Shown one piece after another: positions 40,109 through 49,232 of a DNA stretch of 64,000 nucleotides. Source of the stretch: an uncultured Christensenella sp. (GTDB taxonomy: Bacteria; Bacillota; Clostridia; Christensenellales; UBA3700); assembly GCA_910583995.1 (NCBI GenBank), contig CAJTYW010000001.1, positions 157,366-221,365 on the forward strand, given 5' to 3'. The notes beneath the pieces were generated by a model that was not told the origin of the DNA, made no database searches, and was given only the letters and a program-made list of their open reading frames with translations. The translations under genes and the position numbers were made by a program. The first letter of the stretch is position 1. Every line of letters begins with the position of its first letter.

Positions 40109-41152
40109 TTATTCCTTATAATTAATTTGATATTTTTTTGTTTTATATTTCTGTTTACTTCGGCTAGTGTTTACTGACATTTCCCTATCTGCATCAATAA
40201 TTGTATCACTTATAAGATTTTGAACATCTGAATTTAACTTTTCTTTATTTATAGTAAGTGATAATTCATTTGCACCAAAATGCTTTTGAATTAGTTTAAC
40301 AAGCCAATTTTCAAGTTTGTCGCTATATTTCCACAAACCTACAAACATTGCAATTACTGCAATACCAATCAATATCCAAAGCAAAATGCCCCACCAAGTA
40401 TTAAGTGGTATTTTACCCATAATATCAAATGTCAAGGTTTGTCCAATTATTGTAAGTGGTCTTGTAACTATTTGCATTATAAAAAATGTAGTATAGGACA
40501 TTGTAGTTACACCAGCAAATATACAAAGCAAATCGTCAGGGAATACAGGTAGCAAAAACATCATAAACAACATCATTTTATCTCTGCCCTTCAACATTTT
40601 TTGATATTTGTTGTATGATTTTGCACCTACCATCCAAATTAGCAATTTAACACCGAATACTCTCCCCAAAAAGAATGCAAACATAGAACCCAGCATCATT
40701 CCAACCAAGCTACAAACAAATACAAGCGGAAGATTTTGGAATGCAGCCATACCTGCTGCTGTAGTTATTGCAGAAGGTATAGGTATAAATGTAACTTGTA
40801 AGAACTGAATCAAAATGTAAATCAATGGTCCCCATATACCTGTCTTTTGCATTAAATCGGAAATATTTTCCGCATCTTTAAGTAGTTCCAATGTTCCTGA
40901 CTTTAGTAGTCCTATATAAATAGCAAAGCCAATTGCCGCAAAAAACAAAACTATCAAAGTAAGTTTAAACATTGCTTCTTTTCTTTTGTAAATACAAGCA
41001 ACGCAAATCATCGAAACTAAAAAAGCACCGATAATCAATAATATAGGAAGATAAACTTTCATTTCACCAAATAAAAATATTGACTCAATCATAGTAGCTA
41101 AGCCTAAAAAAACTGCTACTAACGAAAAAGTTAATTTTGATTTATCACTCAT
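40109..41152 (-). CDS. TVP38/TMEM64 (DedA-related, VTT-domain) membrane protein
   Basis: 347 aa, polytopic. Motif FIPIPSAITTAAGMAAF resembles the VTT/SNARE-associated core. Extra N-terminal TMs and a basic C-terminal tail. Confidence 0.7.
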   Translation of the reverse strand: MSDKSKLTFSLVAVFLGLATMIESIFLFGEMKVYLPILLIIGAFLVSMICVACIYKRKEAMFKLTLIVLFFAAIGFAIYIGLLKSGTLELLKDAENISDLMQKTGIWGPLIYILIQFLQVTFIPIPSAITTAAGMAAFQNLPLVFVCSLVGMMLGSMFAFFLGRVFGVKLLIWMVGAKSYNKYQKMLKGRDKMMLFMMFLLPVFPDDLLCIFAGVTTMSYTTFFIMQIVTRPLTIIGQTLTFDIMGKIPLNTWWGILLWILIGIAVIAMFVGLWKYSDKLENWLVKLIQKHFGANELSLTINKEKLNSDVQNLISDTIIDADREMSVNTSRSKQKYKTKKYQINYKE

Positions 41153-41594
41153 TTTGTCCTCCTAAAATTTTATCTACTTCTGCTCTTGCCATTTTGTCAC
41201 ATTCATTGTTATAAGCATTGTCACTATGTCCTTTAACTTTAATAAACTCCACTTGATGACTTTGCACAAGATTATCAAGTTGTTGCCATAGTTCGACGTT
41301 TTTAACTTGTTTGTTTTGTTTTTTCCAACCATTTGCTTTCCAATTATCTACCCATTTTTGCAAGTAAGCATTTACAACATAAGCGGAGTCGGAATATATT
41401 TTAACACTGCATTTTTCCTTAAGACAAAGCAAAGCATTAATTACAGCAAGCAATTCCATTCTATTATTAGTGGTATTTTGCTCACCACCGGATATCTTTT
41501 TTTCCACTCCATTATAAATAAGTATTGCCCCCCAGCCACCGGGACCTGGATTAAAGCTACAAGCTCCGTCTGTATAAATTTCTATTTCTTTCAC
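41145..41594 (-). CDS. rnhA: ribonuclease HI
   Basis: 149 aa. DGAC..NPGPGGWG, TNNRMEL and a SDS.Y motif. Catalytic D/E/D/D pattern. Confidence 0.92.
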   Translation of the reverse strand: MKEIEIYTDGACSFNPGPGGWGAILIYNGVEKKISGGEQNTTNNRMELLAVINALLCLKEKCSVKIYSDSAYVVNAYLQKWVDNWKANGWKKQNKQVKNVELWQQLDNLVQSHQVEFIKVKGHSDNAYNNECDKMARAEVDKILGGQNE

Positions 41595-42382
41595 TTACCT
41601 AGCTCCTGTGACCTATTTCTGCATTTAATCATTGCATTATCTATTATTTCATACAAATTATCTTGCTTAAAGCTATCTACTGCTTGAATAGTTGTGCCAC
41701 CTTTTGAGCAAACTGCTTTTATCAAATCGCTAATAGGTTCGCTTGCCGTGTCAACCATACCAATACTACCTGCAAAAGTTTGTAATACGCAAGTTTTTGC
41801 ATCTTCATAGCTAAGTCCCATTTTAACGCCGCTTTCTATCATACCTTCAATGAACATATATACATACGCAGGTCCGCTACCGCTTACTGCAGTAATAGCG
41901 TGAAATAAATCTTCTTCTAAATATATTGTTTTACCAATACTGTCAAATATACTCTTGACAAATTCTTTTTCATTGTTTGGTATATCGTCATTTTTACGAA
42001 TAGCAGTCATACCTTTTTTTAATTTGCAAGGAGTGTTTGGCATAACTCTTGTAACATTTGCATCTTCAAAGTATTTTTTAATACCTGCATAAGTTATTCC
42101 TGCCATTATAGAAATAATATGTCGTGCTTTGCATTTAGCACCTAATTCTTCAGCAATTTCATTAAATATTTGCGGCTTTACTGCAAGCAAAATATACTCA
42201 CATTCCGCAAGTACCTTTTCATTATTTTTATATGTTATAATTCCATTAATCCCCAACTCACAAAATGGGTCTGTTGCAATGATTTTACTAGGCTCAATTA
42301 ATTTACTCTCAACAATTCCGTTTGCAATAGCTTTTGCCATATTGCCCGCACCGATAATGCCTAATTTGTAATTATATTCCAT
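41591..42382 (-). CDS. proC: pyrroline-5-carboxylate reductase
   Basis: Start trimmed to ATG 42382 behind AAGGAG. Rossmann motif GIIGAGNMA. C-terminal motif SKGGTT. Confidence 0.93.
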   Translation of the reverse strand: MEYNYKLGIIGAGNMAKAIANGIVESKLIEPSKIIATDPFCELGINGIITYKNNEKVLAECEYILLAVKPQIFNEIAEELGAKCKARHIISIMAGITYAGIKKYFEDANVTRVMPNTPCKLKKGMTAIRKNDDIPNNEKEFVKSIFDSIGKTIYLEEDLFHAITAVSGSGPAYVYMFIEGMIESGVKMGLSYEDAKTCVLQTFAGSIGMVDTASEPISDLIKAVCSKGGTTIQAVDSFKQDNLYEIIDNAMIKCRNRSQELGK

Positions 42383-42504
42383 ATTTTCTCCTTCATTTTC
42401 AATCAAATAAACACCATATAAGTGAAAATTTGATATTTAACTGCTCTATTTTTCAATTTAAAAAGCCAAAATATACAAAATTTAATAATTTAATCATAAA
42501 ACTA

Positions 42505-42533
42505 TTGACAACTTCAAAATTTTATCATATAAT
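42505..42533 (+). promoter_or_regulatory. sigma-A promoter of tRNA-Trp (perfect TTGACA-17-TATAAT)
   Basis: TTGACA at 42505-42510, a 17-nt spacer, TATAAT at 42528-42533. The tRNA 5' end follows 12 nt later. Confidence 0.7.
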
Positions 42534-42544
42534 AGACTAGTCTT

Positions 42545-42619
42545 AGGGGAGTGGCTCAACGGTAGAGTAGTGGTCTCCAAAACCATTGGTTGCGTGTTCG
42601 AATCGCGTCTCCCCTGCCA
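42545..42619 (+). tRNA. trnW: tRNA-Trp (anticodon CCA), CCA end encoded
   Basis: Manual cloverleaf. 7-bp acceptor stem AGGGGAG/CTCCCCT. D arm GCTC..GAGT. Anticodon loop CU-CCA-AA. T-loop TTCGAAT. Discriminator G followed by CCA. Confidence 0.93.
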
Positions 42620-42621
42620 AT

Positions 42622-42658
42622 GTCGGTCAATGCGTTTTCGCTTGACCGGCACTTTTTT
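42622..42658 (+). terminator. rho-independent terminator of tRNA-Trp
   Basis: 9-bp stem GTCGGTCAA/TTGACCGGC (one G-U pair) with an 11-nt loop, then ACTTTTTT. Confidence 0.75.
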
Positions 42659-42817
42659 ATCAAAAGTGTCATTGTCAAACTTTAAAACTACACTTTTTCC
42701 CTATTTTGTATATTACATAATAAATTAAGATATAAGCAATATTAATATAATTTCTATTTTATAATAACATATAAAATATTAAAAAACAATTATATTGATT
42801 AACATTCCCTTTAGTCA

Positions 42818-42958
42818 CTAATCGTCATCATCGTCTTCTTCATCATCGTCTAAACTATTTAATATATCGTCAGTATCGTCATTAAGAATATTATCATTAA
42901 TAAAGTTATATGTCATAAACTGACTAATACTATCTTTCATTTTATACCAATCATCCAT
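42818..42958 (-). CDS. candidate 46-aa poly-acidic small protein (MDDWYKMKDSISQFMTYNFINDNILNDDTDDILNSLDDDEEDDDDD)
   Basis: Not in the ORF track (under 60 aa). ATG at 42958 is preceded by GGAGAAATAATA. 18 of 46 residues are D/E, ending in DDDEEDDDDD. TAG stop at 42818-42820. Confidence 0.45.
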   Translation of the reverse strand: MDDWYKMKDSISQFMTYNFINDNILNDDTDDILNSLDDDEEDDDDD

Positions 42959-43091
42959 TATTATTTCTCCTTATAGAATATTTATTTTCACTTTTCAATA
43001 CTAATTTGAGAAAGTTTAAGCTATTGAAATTTAATACAATTCTGTAGAATTTAGATAGAAAAAATTTTATATTGTAGAAATATAATATATT

Positions 43092-43120
43092 TTGCAAAAA
43101 ATAGCAAAAAGTTGTATAAT
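43092..43120 (+). promoter_or_regulatory. sigma-A promoter (TTGCAA-17-TGtTATAAT, extended -10) for the 101-aa ORF
   Basis: TTGCAA at 43092-43097 and TATAAT at 43115-43120, with a TG two nt upstream of the -10. Confidence 0.5.
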
Positions 43121-43204
43121 AAATCCATAGATAACTTACATATTTTATGCTTAAATGCAAATGCAAGTCAAGCAACTTTAAAACGAATTGGAGAAAAATA
43201 CATT

Positions 43205-43510
43205 ATGGATATCAATAATCTAACTAAAATCATTCAACTTGCTAACACAAGAAAAATTAACCAACAACTCAAAAAACTTGGCTATATCGATTGTGAAAAG
43301 CATAAAAAATATAAGTATATTTCAATTTTAGACTTATTTAAAGGCGATTCACAAGAAACTGAAGAATTCTTTGACCACAAAGGAAAACAGACTTATGAAG
43401 GTGGAATTATTACCAATGTAAAAGGTTATGAACAGCTTGAATTTATCATAATTAATATCAATGATGATAAACATCAGTTCCCTATTAAAATGCTTGTTTG
43501 GGCAAAGTAG
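43205..43510 (+). CDS. hypothetical protein, 101 aa, no recognised family
   Basis: Trimmed from the 43112 ORF to ATG 43205, behind TGGAGAAAAATACATT. One of only three plus-strand transcription units in the window. I recognise no motif. Confidence 0.6.
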   Translation: MDINNLTKIIQLANTRKINQQLKKLGYIDCEKHKKYKYISILDLFKGDSQETEEFFDHKGKQTYEGGIITNVKGYEQLEFIIININDDKHQFPIKMLVWAK

Positions 43511-43639
43511 ATAAAAAATCACAATGCTTAAATAAAGTAATAATATAAAACTGCATACATTTCATCGCTTAAAACAATAGAATAGAAACAGAACCATACG
43601 ACAAATCTGCTTTATTTATTTTAAATCGATATTATTTTA

Positions 43640-44188
43640 TTATTTTTCCAAAATCACTGTTAAAAATGTGCTTTCGCCTTGCATTGAAACTTGTGCGTGT
43701 GGTATGTTAGGGTCAAAATAAATGCAATCGCCTGCACGCAAATAGTATTCTTTATTTCCAATTAATACTCTTAACTTTCCGCTTATTACATAGTTAAACT
43801 CTTGGCCTGTGTGTTTAACAAGTTCAGGTGCTACACCTTCGCTAATTGTAACTAGCATTGGCTCCATTTCACGATTAAAAAATTTGTGTGCAAGGCTACT
43901 AAAGCTATAGCCGTCATATCTTTCAATTTCCAAACCTTGTCCTGCATAGCATACAGCAACTTCTTTCCTATCACTATTTTGTCCAGTAAGCAATACTGTT
44001 GGGTCAATTTCCAAAGCAGCCGCAATGTTATACATTGTACCAATAGGTATATCAACGCTACCTTCTTCGATATTTTTATAATCTTCGACAGTCATTTTAA
44101 CTTTTGCAGAAAATTCTTCCAAAGTATAATCTGAAAATTCTCTTAAATCTTTTATTCTAGCTGCAATGTCCTTAATTTTCTTATCCAT
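43640..44188 (-). CDS. XRE-family HTH transcriptional regulator with C-terminal cupin domain
   Basis: 182 aa. N-terminal HTH_3-type region (LEEFSAKVKMTVEDYKNIEEG). C-terminal cupin_2 pattern (G.E..YV.SG.L......K.Y.L..GD..YF....PH). Confidence 0.85.
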   Translation of the reverse strand: MDKKIKDIAARIKDLREFSDYTLEEFSAKVKMTVEDYKNIEEGSVDIPIGTMYNIAAALEIDPTVLLTGQNSDRKEVAVCYAGQGLEIERYDGYSFSSLAHKFFNREMEPMLVTISEGVAPELVKHTGQEFNYVISGKLRVLIGNKEYYLRAGDCIYFDPNIPHAQVSMQGESTFLTVILEK

Positions 44189-44313
44189 AACGACTCCTTA
44201 ACACAAATTTTAATAAAAAAGTTTGAATTTTAACTATTTACATTATTATAATATAAAAATAATATTTTTTCAAGTCTTTTAATTTAAAATAATAGCTTTT
44301 ATTTAATAAAAAA

Positions 44314-44339
44314 ATAACCTGCCATAAAAAACAGGTTAT
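44314..44339 (-). terminator. rho-independent terminator after the S41 peptidase gene
   Basis: 8-bp stem ATAACCTG/CAGGTTAT with a 10-nt loop. Run of T on the minus strand. Confidence 0.7.
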
Positions 44340-44405
44340 CAAAATTTATTACAAGAATAATTTTACCACTAATTTTTTCAAATTTGATTAAAAACAAATC
44401 AATAT

Positions 44406-45833
44406 CTACTTATTTAATACTGACATTGCTAAAATCATAGCTTTTTCTTTGGTTATATCGTTATTGTAATAGTTTGGATAAATTACTTTACCATCGCTGT
44501 CATTTGCGGTAAAATCCAAAACGTTTGAGAATTTTTCGATAGTATATTGCTCTTCAGAAGGCATCATTGATTGACCGTGATAGCTTACCCACTTTCCGCC
44601 TTCAACAGGAACATAAAAATAACCAATTGTCATACTAAGCACAAAATCTTTAGTACTATTCAATTCAAAAGTTTGTTGAGCTATGCCCTTACCATAAGTT
44701 GGTGAACCGATAATTGTAGCTTCACCACAATAATATTTTATTGCACCCAATAAAGCTTCACTAGCACTTGCAGAGTTTTCATTTACCAAAACCGCAAGTT
44801 TGTAATCAGAATTTATGCTTCCATCACTATTTAATCCTAACCAGTTATTACCTTTTGCTGTATAAGTTGAAATTTCTTGAGTCTTTTTTGATTCAAGTTT
44901 TATTATTCCAAGTCCATTTGATTTTCCGTTGTTATCGTGAATAATATAACTTGCAATAACAGATAGAATTTCAGTTGAACCACCGCCGTTATCTCTTAAA
45001 TCAAAAATAAGCTTTTTATTTCCGTTTTCTTTAAATAACTTAACACATTCTTTAAAATCATTTGCAGCTGTACCTGTAAATGATTTTAATTTGATATATC
45101 CTATTCCATTACCAATATTCAAATAACTTGCTTCTTTTGTGTTAAATACTGACTTTTTTAACCTAAATTTAGCAAGCTTGCCATTGGATTTTTTAACAAC
45201 CAATTCAATACTATCTAAAACGCCAGCTTTTCCTAAAAACTGCTCGCTATTCAAAATATCTGTATTAAGACCTACAACAGATTTGCCATCAACAGAAATT
45301 AAAATATCCCCTCTTTCCAAATGAACTTGTTCTGTTGAACCTTCAATTGTTCCCAAAACTTCTTCTGCTGGTGTAGGATAACTACTGTTACTAGAATGAC
45401 TTATTTCTGTAATAATATGATTATCGTAAGCATCACTTTTGATTGATATACCAAATTGCATTGATGGTGCTGCATTTGATAAATATAAGTTACTATATTT
45501 ATCCATTGTATTAGCAAGTCCGATTGATGCCCATTTATTAAACTCGTCTTTTGAAATATCAATATAATAGTAATCTTTGATTAAAGAATATACTTCATTA
45601 GCAACCGCTAAATCTTCCTTCATATTATCATTCAAAGCACTATTTTTACCACCAATATAACAACCGATGCAAGCACCAAGTACAATTATAAGCGACAATA
45701 CTGCAATTATAACTGCAACAATTACCTTTGTACTATTGCTTCTATTACCTGATGTAAAATTAGAGTTTTTATTACCATTTTGATTATATTTATCTTCATT
45801 GTGTGGATTTTGATTGTATTGAAAATTATACAT
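44406..45833 (-). CDS. S41 family C-terminal processing peptidase, membrane-anchored
   Basis: 475 aa. N/Q-rich cytoplasmic tail, one TM, a PDZ-like region, and an S41 core with FDLRDNGGGS, SASASE and GSPTYGKG. Confidence 0.88.
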   Translation of the reverse strand: MYNFQYNQNPHNEDKYNQNGNKNSNFTSGNRSNSTKVIVAVIIAVLSLIIVLGACIGCYIGGKNSALNDNMKEDLAVANEVYSLIKDYYYIDISKDEFNKWASIGLANTMDKYSNLYLSNAAPSMQFGISIKSDAYDNHIITEISHSSNSSYPTPAEEVLGTIEGSTEQVHLERGDILISVDGKSVVGLNTDILNSEQFLGKAGVLDSIELVVKKSNGKLAKFRLKKSVFNTKEASYLNIGNGIGYIKLKSFTGTAANDFKECVKLFKENGNKKLIFDLRDNGGGSTEILSVIASYIIHDNNGKSNGLGIIKLESKKTQEISTYTAKGNNWLGLNSDGSINSDYKLAVLVNENSASASEALLGAIKYYCGEATIIGSPTYGKGIAQQTFELNSTKDFVLSMTIGYFYVPVEGGKWVSYHGQSMMPSEEQYTIEKFSNVLDFTANDSDGKVIYPNYYNNDITKEKAMILAMSVLNK

Positions 45834-45842
45834 CTTGCCCCC

Positions 45843-46949
45843 TTAAGTGGATATTATTCTTTCAGAGTTATAATCATATATATCACAATCTTCAATATTA
45901 AAACTAAATGTGATTTTATCAAAGGTTGAATATTTTTTATCGCCTATATATATTGTTGCAACTTTATTATCAATATCAAAATATGCAATTTTATCTTTAT
46001 TAATATATCCAATTTCAGCAGTAATAACGCAGTTTTTACTATTATCAAAAGCAATTTTATCACTTTCTAAACAAAGTATACCTTCGTTAAAAACACTGCT
46101 TTTTAAAGTTATGTTATGTTTATATTCTACCCCATTTATACAGATACTATCATTATCTATATAGCAAGGTATAGCACAAACTTTCCTTTCGTAATAAAGC
46201 TTAACACCTGCTAGTGTATCAAAATATATCTCTCTATCGTAGATATTGCCATAACCAATTACAGTTCCATATCCTAACAACAAAATATTGTAATCACTAG
46301 GTTTTGGCACAAATTTCAAACTATTTACTGCAAGAATTAATGTTTTATTTTTAAACAATTTAGTAATAATTTCAAATAATTGTTTTTGTATATCCGCTGT
46401 CAATCCGTTAAATATATCATCAAGTAAATACAATTTTCTATCTAAAACTGCAAGTCTTGCCAAAGCAACAATTATTTTTTGAAAATTAGTAAGCTGTTTT
46501 ACGCTGCAATTTAAAATATCATTAATATTTAGTAAATTTGCAATTCCCAATACTTTTTCAACTATTGTATTATTATCAAATTTTCTAATTTTTAACGGAT
46601 ATGCGATTATTTCATTTACTTTTTTGTGTTTTTGCAAATGCAAATCACTATCAAGATACCCAATATCTCTATCTTTTATCTTTAAATCATTTATCAAATT
46701 GTTATTTAAATAAATTTCGCCACTGCTAACACTCTCCAATCCTGCAATACAGCTTAAAAGTGTGGTTTTACCACCTTTTACTTCTGAAAAAACTAGTAAT
46801 TTTCCACCATCAGCCAAGCTAAAATTAATATTATTTAAGGCGTTATAACCGCCGATATAACTTTTTGATAATTGTTTTATCATTAAATAATTATTAGAAT
46901 TATTATCATTAACACAATTATTTTTTATATCTTTGTTTAAATTGTTCAT
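45843..46949 (-). CDS. MalK/UgpC-like ABC ATPase homologue with degenerate catalytic motifs (probable pseudo-ATPase) plus a C-terminal beta-rich domain
   Basis: Start trimmed to ATG 46949. Against remembered MalK:
- Walker A: SEVKGGKTT
- Q-loop: Q replaced (GYLDSD)
- Signature: LSGGQ replaced by LTNFQ
- Walker B: LLDD-I (catalytic Glu absent)
- H-loop: His replaced by Asn (LAVNSL)
No permease gene is adjacent. Confidence 0.7.
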   Translation of the reverse strand: MNNLNKDIKNNCVNDNNSNNYLMIKQLSKSYIGGYNALNNINFSLADGGKLLVFSEVKGGKTTLLSCIAGLESVSSGEIYLNNNLINDLKIKDRDIGYLDSDLHLQKHKKVNEIIAYPLKIRKFDNNTIVEKVLGIANLLNINDILNCSVKQLTNFQKIIVALARLAVLDRKLYLLDDIFNGLTADIQKQLFEIITKLFKNKTLILAVNSLKFVPKPSDYNILLLGYGTVIGYGNIYDREIYFDTLAGVKLYYERKVCAIPCYIDNDSICINGVEYKHNITLKSSVFNEGILCLESDKIAFDNSKNCVITAEIGYINKDKIAYFDIDNKVATIYIGDKKYSTFDKITFSFNIEDCDIYDYNSERIIST

Positions 46950-46950
46950 T

Positions 46951-47925
46951 TTACAACAAGTGCTTTCTAAGTTCTTCGTTAGATGCAGGTGATAAATAAG
47001 AAAGTGGAATATCAAATACGCTTACTGCACCTTTCTTACCTTCCTTTGCAAGTTTTGCGATTGCTCTTGCATAGGCTGCTAAAACACTAGATGTAAATTC
47101 AGGATTGCTATCAAGTTTGATAGAAAGCTCAAGTATATGTTTATGCTCATCTGTTGTCTTACCAGACCTGATAACAAAACCGCCGTGTGGCATTTTGCTG
47201 TGATTTTTCTTCAATTCTTCTTCAGAAATAAAATGTACAATTGTATCGTAATCTGCAAAATAATTTGGCATATTTTTAATTTCATTTGCAATAGCTGCTT
47301 TATCTGCATTTTCTTCTGCAACAACAAAACACTCTCTCAAATGTTTATCACGAGCTGTTAAATCAGCAACTTCACCGCTTCTTACTATTTCCAAAGCTTG
47401 TTCTTTTGGTATTGTATATTGTTTGCCGTCTTTTACACCTTTAATTCTTCTTATTGCATCACTATGTCCTTGAGAAACACCTTTTCCCCAAAATGTATAA
47501 TCATTACCTTCAGGAAGAATAGCACCAAACAACATTCTTGCAATAGAAAATAGTCCTGGGTCCCAACCAACAGAAATAATTCCTAATTTGCCACTTTCTT
47601 TTGCAGCTTTATCCATATTAGCAAAATATTCCGGAATTTTAGCGTGAGTGTCAAAAGAGTCAACAGTGTTAAATAATTTAACCATTTCTACGCCTTGAAA
47701 TGGCAAATCTGTTGCAGAACCACCACATAAAATCAAAACATCAATTTTGTCTTTGTAATTTTCTATTTTATTAACATTAATGCAAGCTTTACCCATATCG
47801 GTAACAACATTGTCACGTCTTGTAAAAACTGCCACCAATTCCATATCTTGTGCTTTGCTGATTGCAAGCTCAACGCCCCTGCCAAGATTGCCGTATCCCA
47901 AAATACCTACTTTAATTTTTTCCAT
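46951..47925 (-). CDS. ddh: meso-diaminopimelate D-dehydrogenase
   Basis: 324 aa. Closely parallels remembered Corynebacterium Ddh (VGILGYGNLGR, GWDPGLFS, FWGKGVSQGHSDA, MPHGG). Confidence 0.9.
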   Translation of the reverse strand: MEKIKVGILGYGNLGRGVELAISKAQDMELVAVFTRRDNVVTDMGKACINVNKIENYKDKIDVLILCGGSATDLPFQGVEMVKLFNTVDSFDTHAKIPEYFANMDKAAKESGKLGIISVGWDPGLFSIARMLFGAILPEGNDYTFWGKGVSQGHSDAIRRIKGVKDGKQYTIPKEQALEIVRSGEVADLTARDKHLRECFVVAEENADKAAIANEIKNMPNYFADYDTIVHFISEEELKKNHSKMPHGGFVIRSGKTTDEHKHILELSIKLDSNPEFTSSVLAAYARAIAKLAKEGKKGAVSVFDIPLSYLSPASNEELRKHLL

Positions 47926-47941
47926 TTTTATACTCCTTATA

Positions 47942-49153
47942 TCAATTACTCTCCGATTGCAAAGACTTAATCATTGCCCTGTGAGTATTTAAAATCATTG
48001 TATTTATATATCTTATATCGCTAAGTAATCTATCGTTTTTACTACCTTCTGCAGTTAAATTTTCCAAGGCACCAATCATTGAAGAAATTTGAACACGCAC
48101 TTTTTGAACATATTTATCGTCAATTTTATTATTTACGCTTGATTCATAATCTATAAGCATATTTGAAATCTGACTGCTAAGCATAGCTATATCTTCTCGT
48201 GCAGATGTGTAGTCTATTTCTTGTTTTTCCAAACTAACTGCTGTTGCATAAAGTGACTTATACATTATATCTTGATATTTCAAAACATTTTTTGTTGCAT
48301 TTCTAACTGAAGTTGGCAATAAATGATAATCTATATCTTCTATTTTAAAAACATATATATTAGTTACATATCCTGCCAAATTAAGATTGGTAGATACACT
48401 TTCCGCATCTTTTTCAGTGCTGTAAACTTCGGCAATTACTCTGTACAAATCATCGTGTACAACATAACCGCTACCACCGCTTGCTCTTATCTCTTCCGAT
48501 GTTATTCTTGCAGAATCCACATCGCTAAAAGTTGCAATTTCCACTGCATAATAATATGCTGTTATATCATTTTTGAATATTTTGTTAACCACACTGTCAA
48601 TTAAATATCCGCTTGATAAAACATCTGCAATTAAAAAGCAGGATACAAATGCAAATACAATAACAAACAATACTATTGCAAATTTTCTACTTTTTGAGCG
48701 TTTTGGTTTGTTTTTACCACGTTTTTTTGTAGAAGTGCATTTATCACACTCACTATTTTCCAAGCGTTCTTTTTCCGCTTGTAAAACAGCTTTTTTAATA
48801 TGCTTATTTTCTTCAATGCCCGCAATTGCCACTTGTAAAGTAAGCGGTTCACACCTATCGCAGGAAGGACTTTTATGTCTTATTACTTCCGACCTTACAA
48901 CTTGCAAGCTGCTATTTTCTGCTTGAGTATGATTTGAAATAGAATAATCACTCTCAATCCTTTTATTATTTCTCTCATCAATTACTATGTGATTACTCTC
49001 TTCAATTTCAGTATCGCTGTAATCAGCTGAAATACTATTCTCTTCAATTGCAATAACTTCAACTTCTACACTTTTTTTAGTTTTCTTTTTGCCTAAAAAA
49101 TTACTTAAATAAAAATCTTCATAATTTGTTTCGGTTAAATCAAAATCTGCCAT
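47942..49153 (-). CDS. SPOR-domain membrane protein
   Basis: Start trimmed to ATG 49153 behind AGGAG. Cytoplasmic N-region with two CxxC pairs (CDRC, CDKC). One TM (FAIVLFVIVFAFVSCFLIADVL). SPOR-like beta-alpha-beta fold (YYAVEIATFSDVDSA...YRVIAEVYSTEKDAE). Helical C-terminal domain. Confidence 0.75.
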   Translation of the reverse strand: MADFDLTETNYEDFYLSNFLGKKKTKKSVEVEVIAIEENSISADYSDTEIEESNHIVIDERNNKRIESDYSISNHTQAENSSLQVVRSEVIRHKSPSCDRCEPLTLQVAIAGIEENKHIKKAVLQAEKERLENSECDKCTSTKKRGKNKPKRSKSRKFAIVLFVIVFAFVSCFLIADVLSSGYLIDSVVNKIFKNDITAYYYAVEIATFSDVDSARITSEEIRASGGSGYVVHDDLYRVIAEVYSTEKDAESVSTNLNLAGYVTNIYVFKIEDIDYHLLPTSVRNATKNVLKYQDIMYKSLYATAVSLEKQEIDYTSAREDIAMLSSQISNMLIDYESSVNNKIDDKYVQKVRVQISSMIGALENLTAEGSKNDRLLSDIRYINTMILNTHRAMIKSLQSESN

Positions 49154-49232
49154 AATTCTCCTAAAAAACAAGTATAATTTGCTTTTATTAAAGATTATGA
49201 AAGTTATTTTTCCATTATACGCATTAACCGAT

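Noticed and set aside
42951-43175. 74-aa minus-strand ORF spanning the divergent intergenic region between the acidic ORF and the 101-aa ORF.
   Set aside because: Its translation is low-complexity Y/F/L/N-rich, it has no RBS, and it runs through the two promoter regions. The shorter RBS-preceded acidic ORF and the plus-strand ORF explain the locus better.
42545-44400. Possibility that tRNA-Trp marks an integrated mobile element or genomic island.
   Set aside because: I could find no integrase or recombinase, no direct repeat of the tRNA 3' end downstream, and no phage or plasmid genes. Only a roughly 0.9-kb orphan pocket remains; it is reported as a finding without the island claim.
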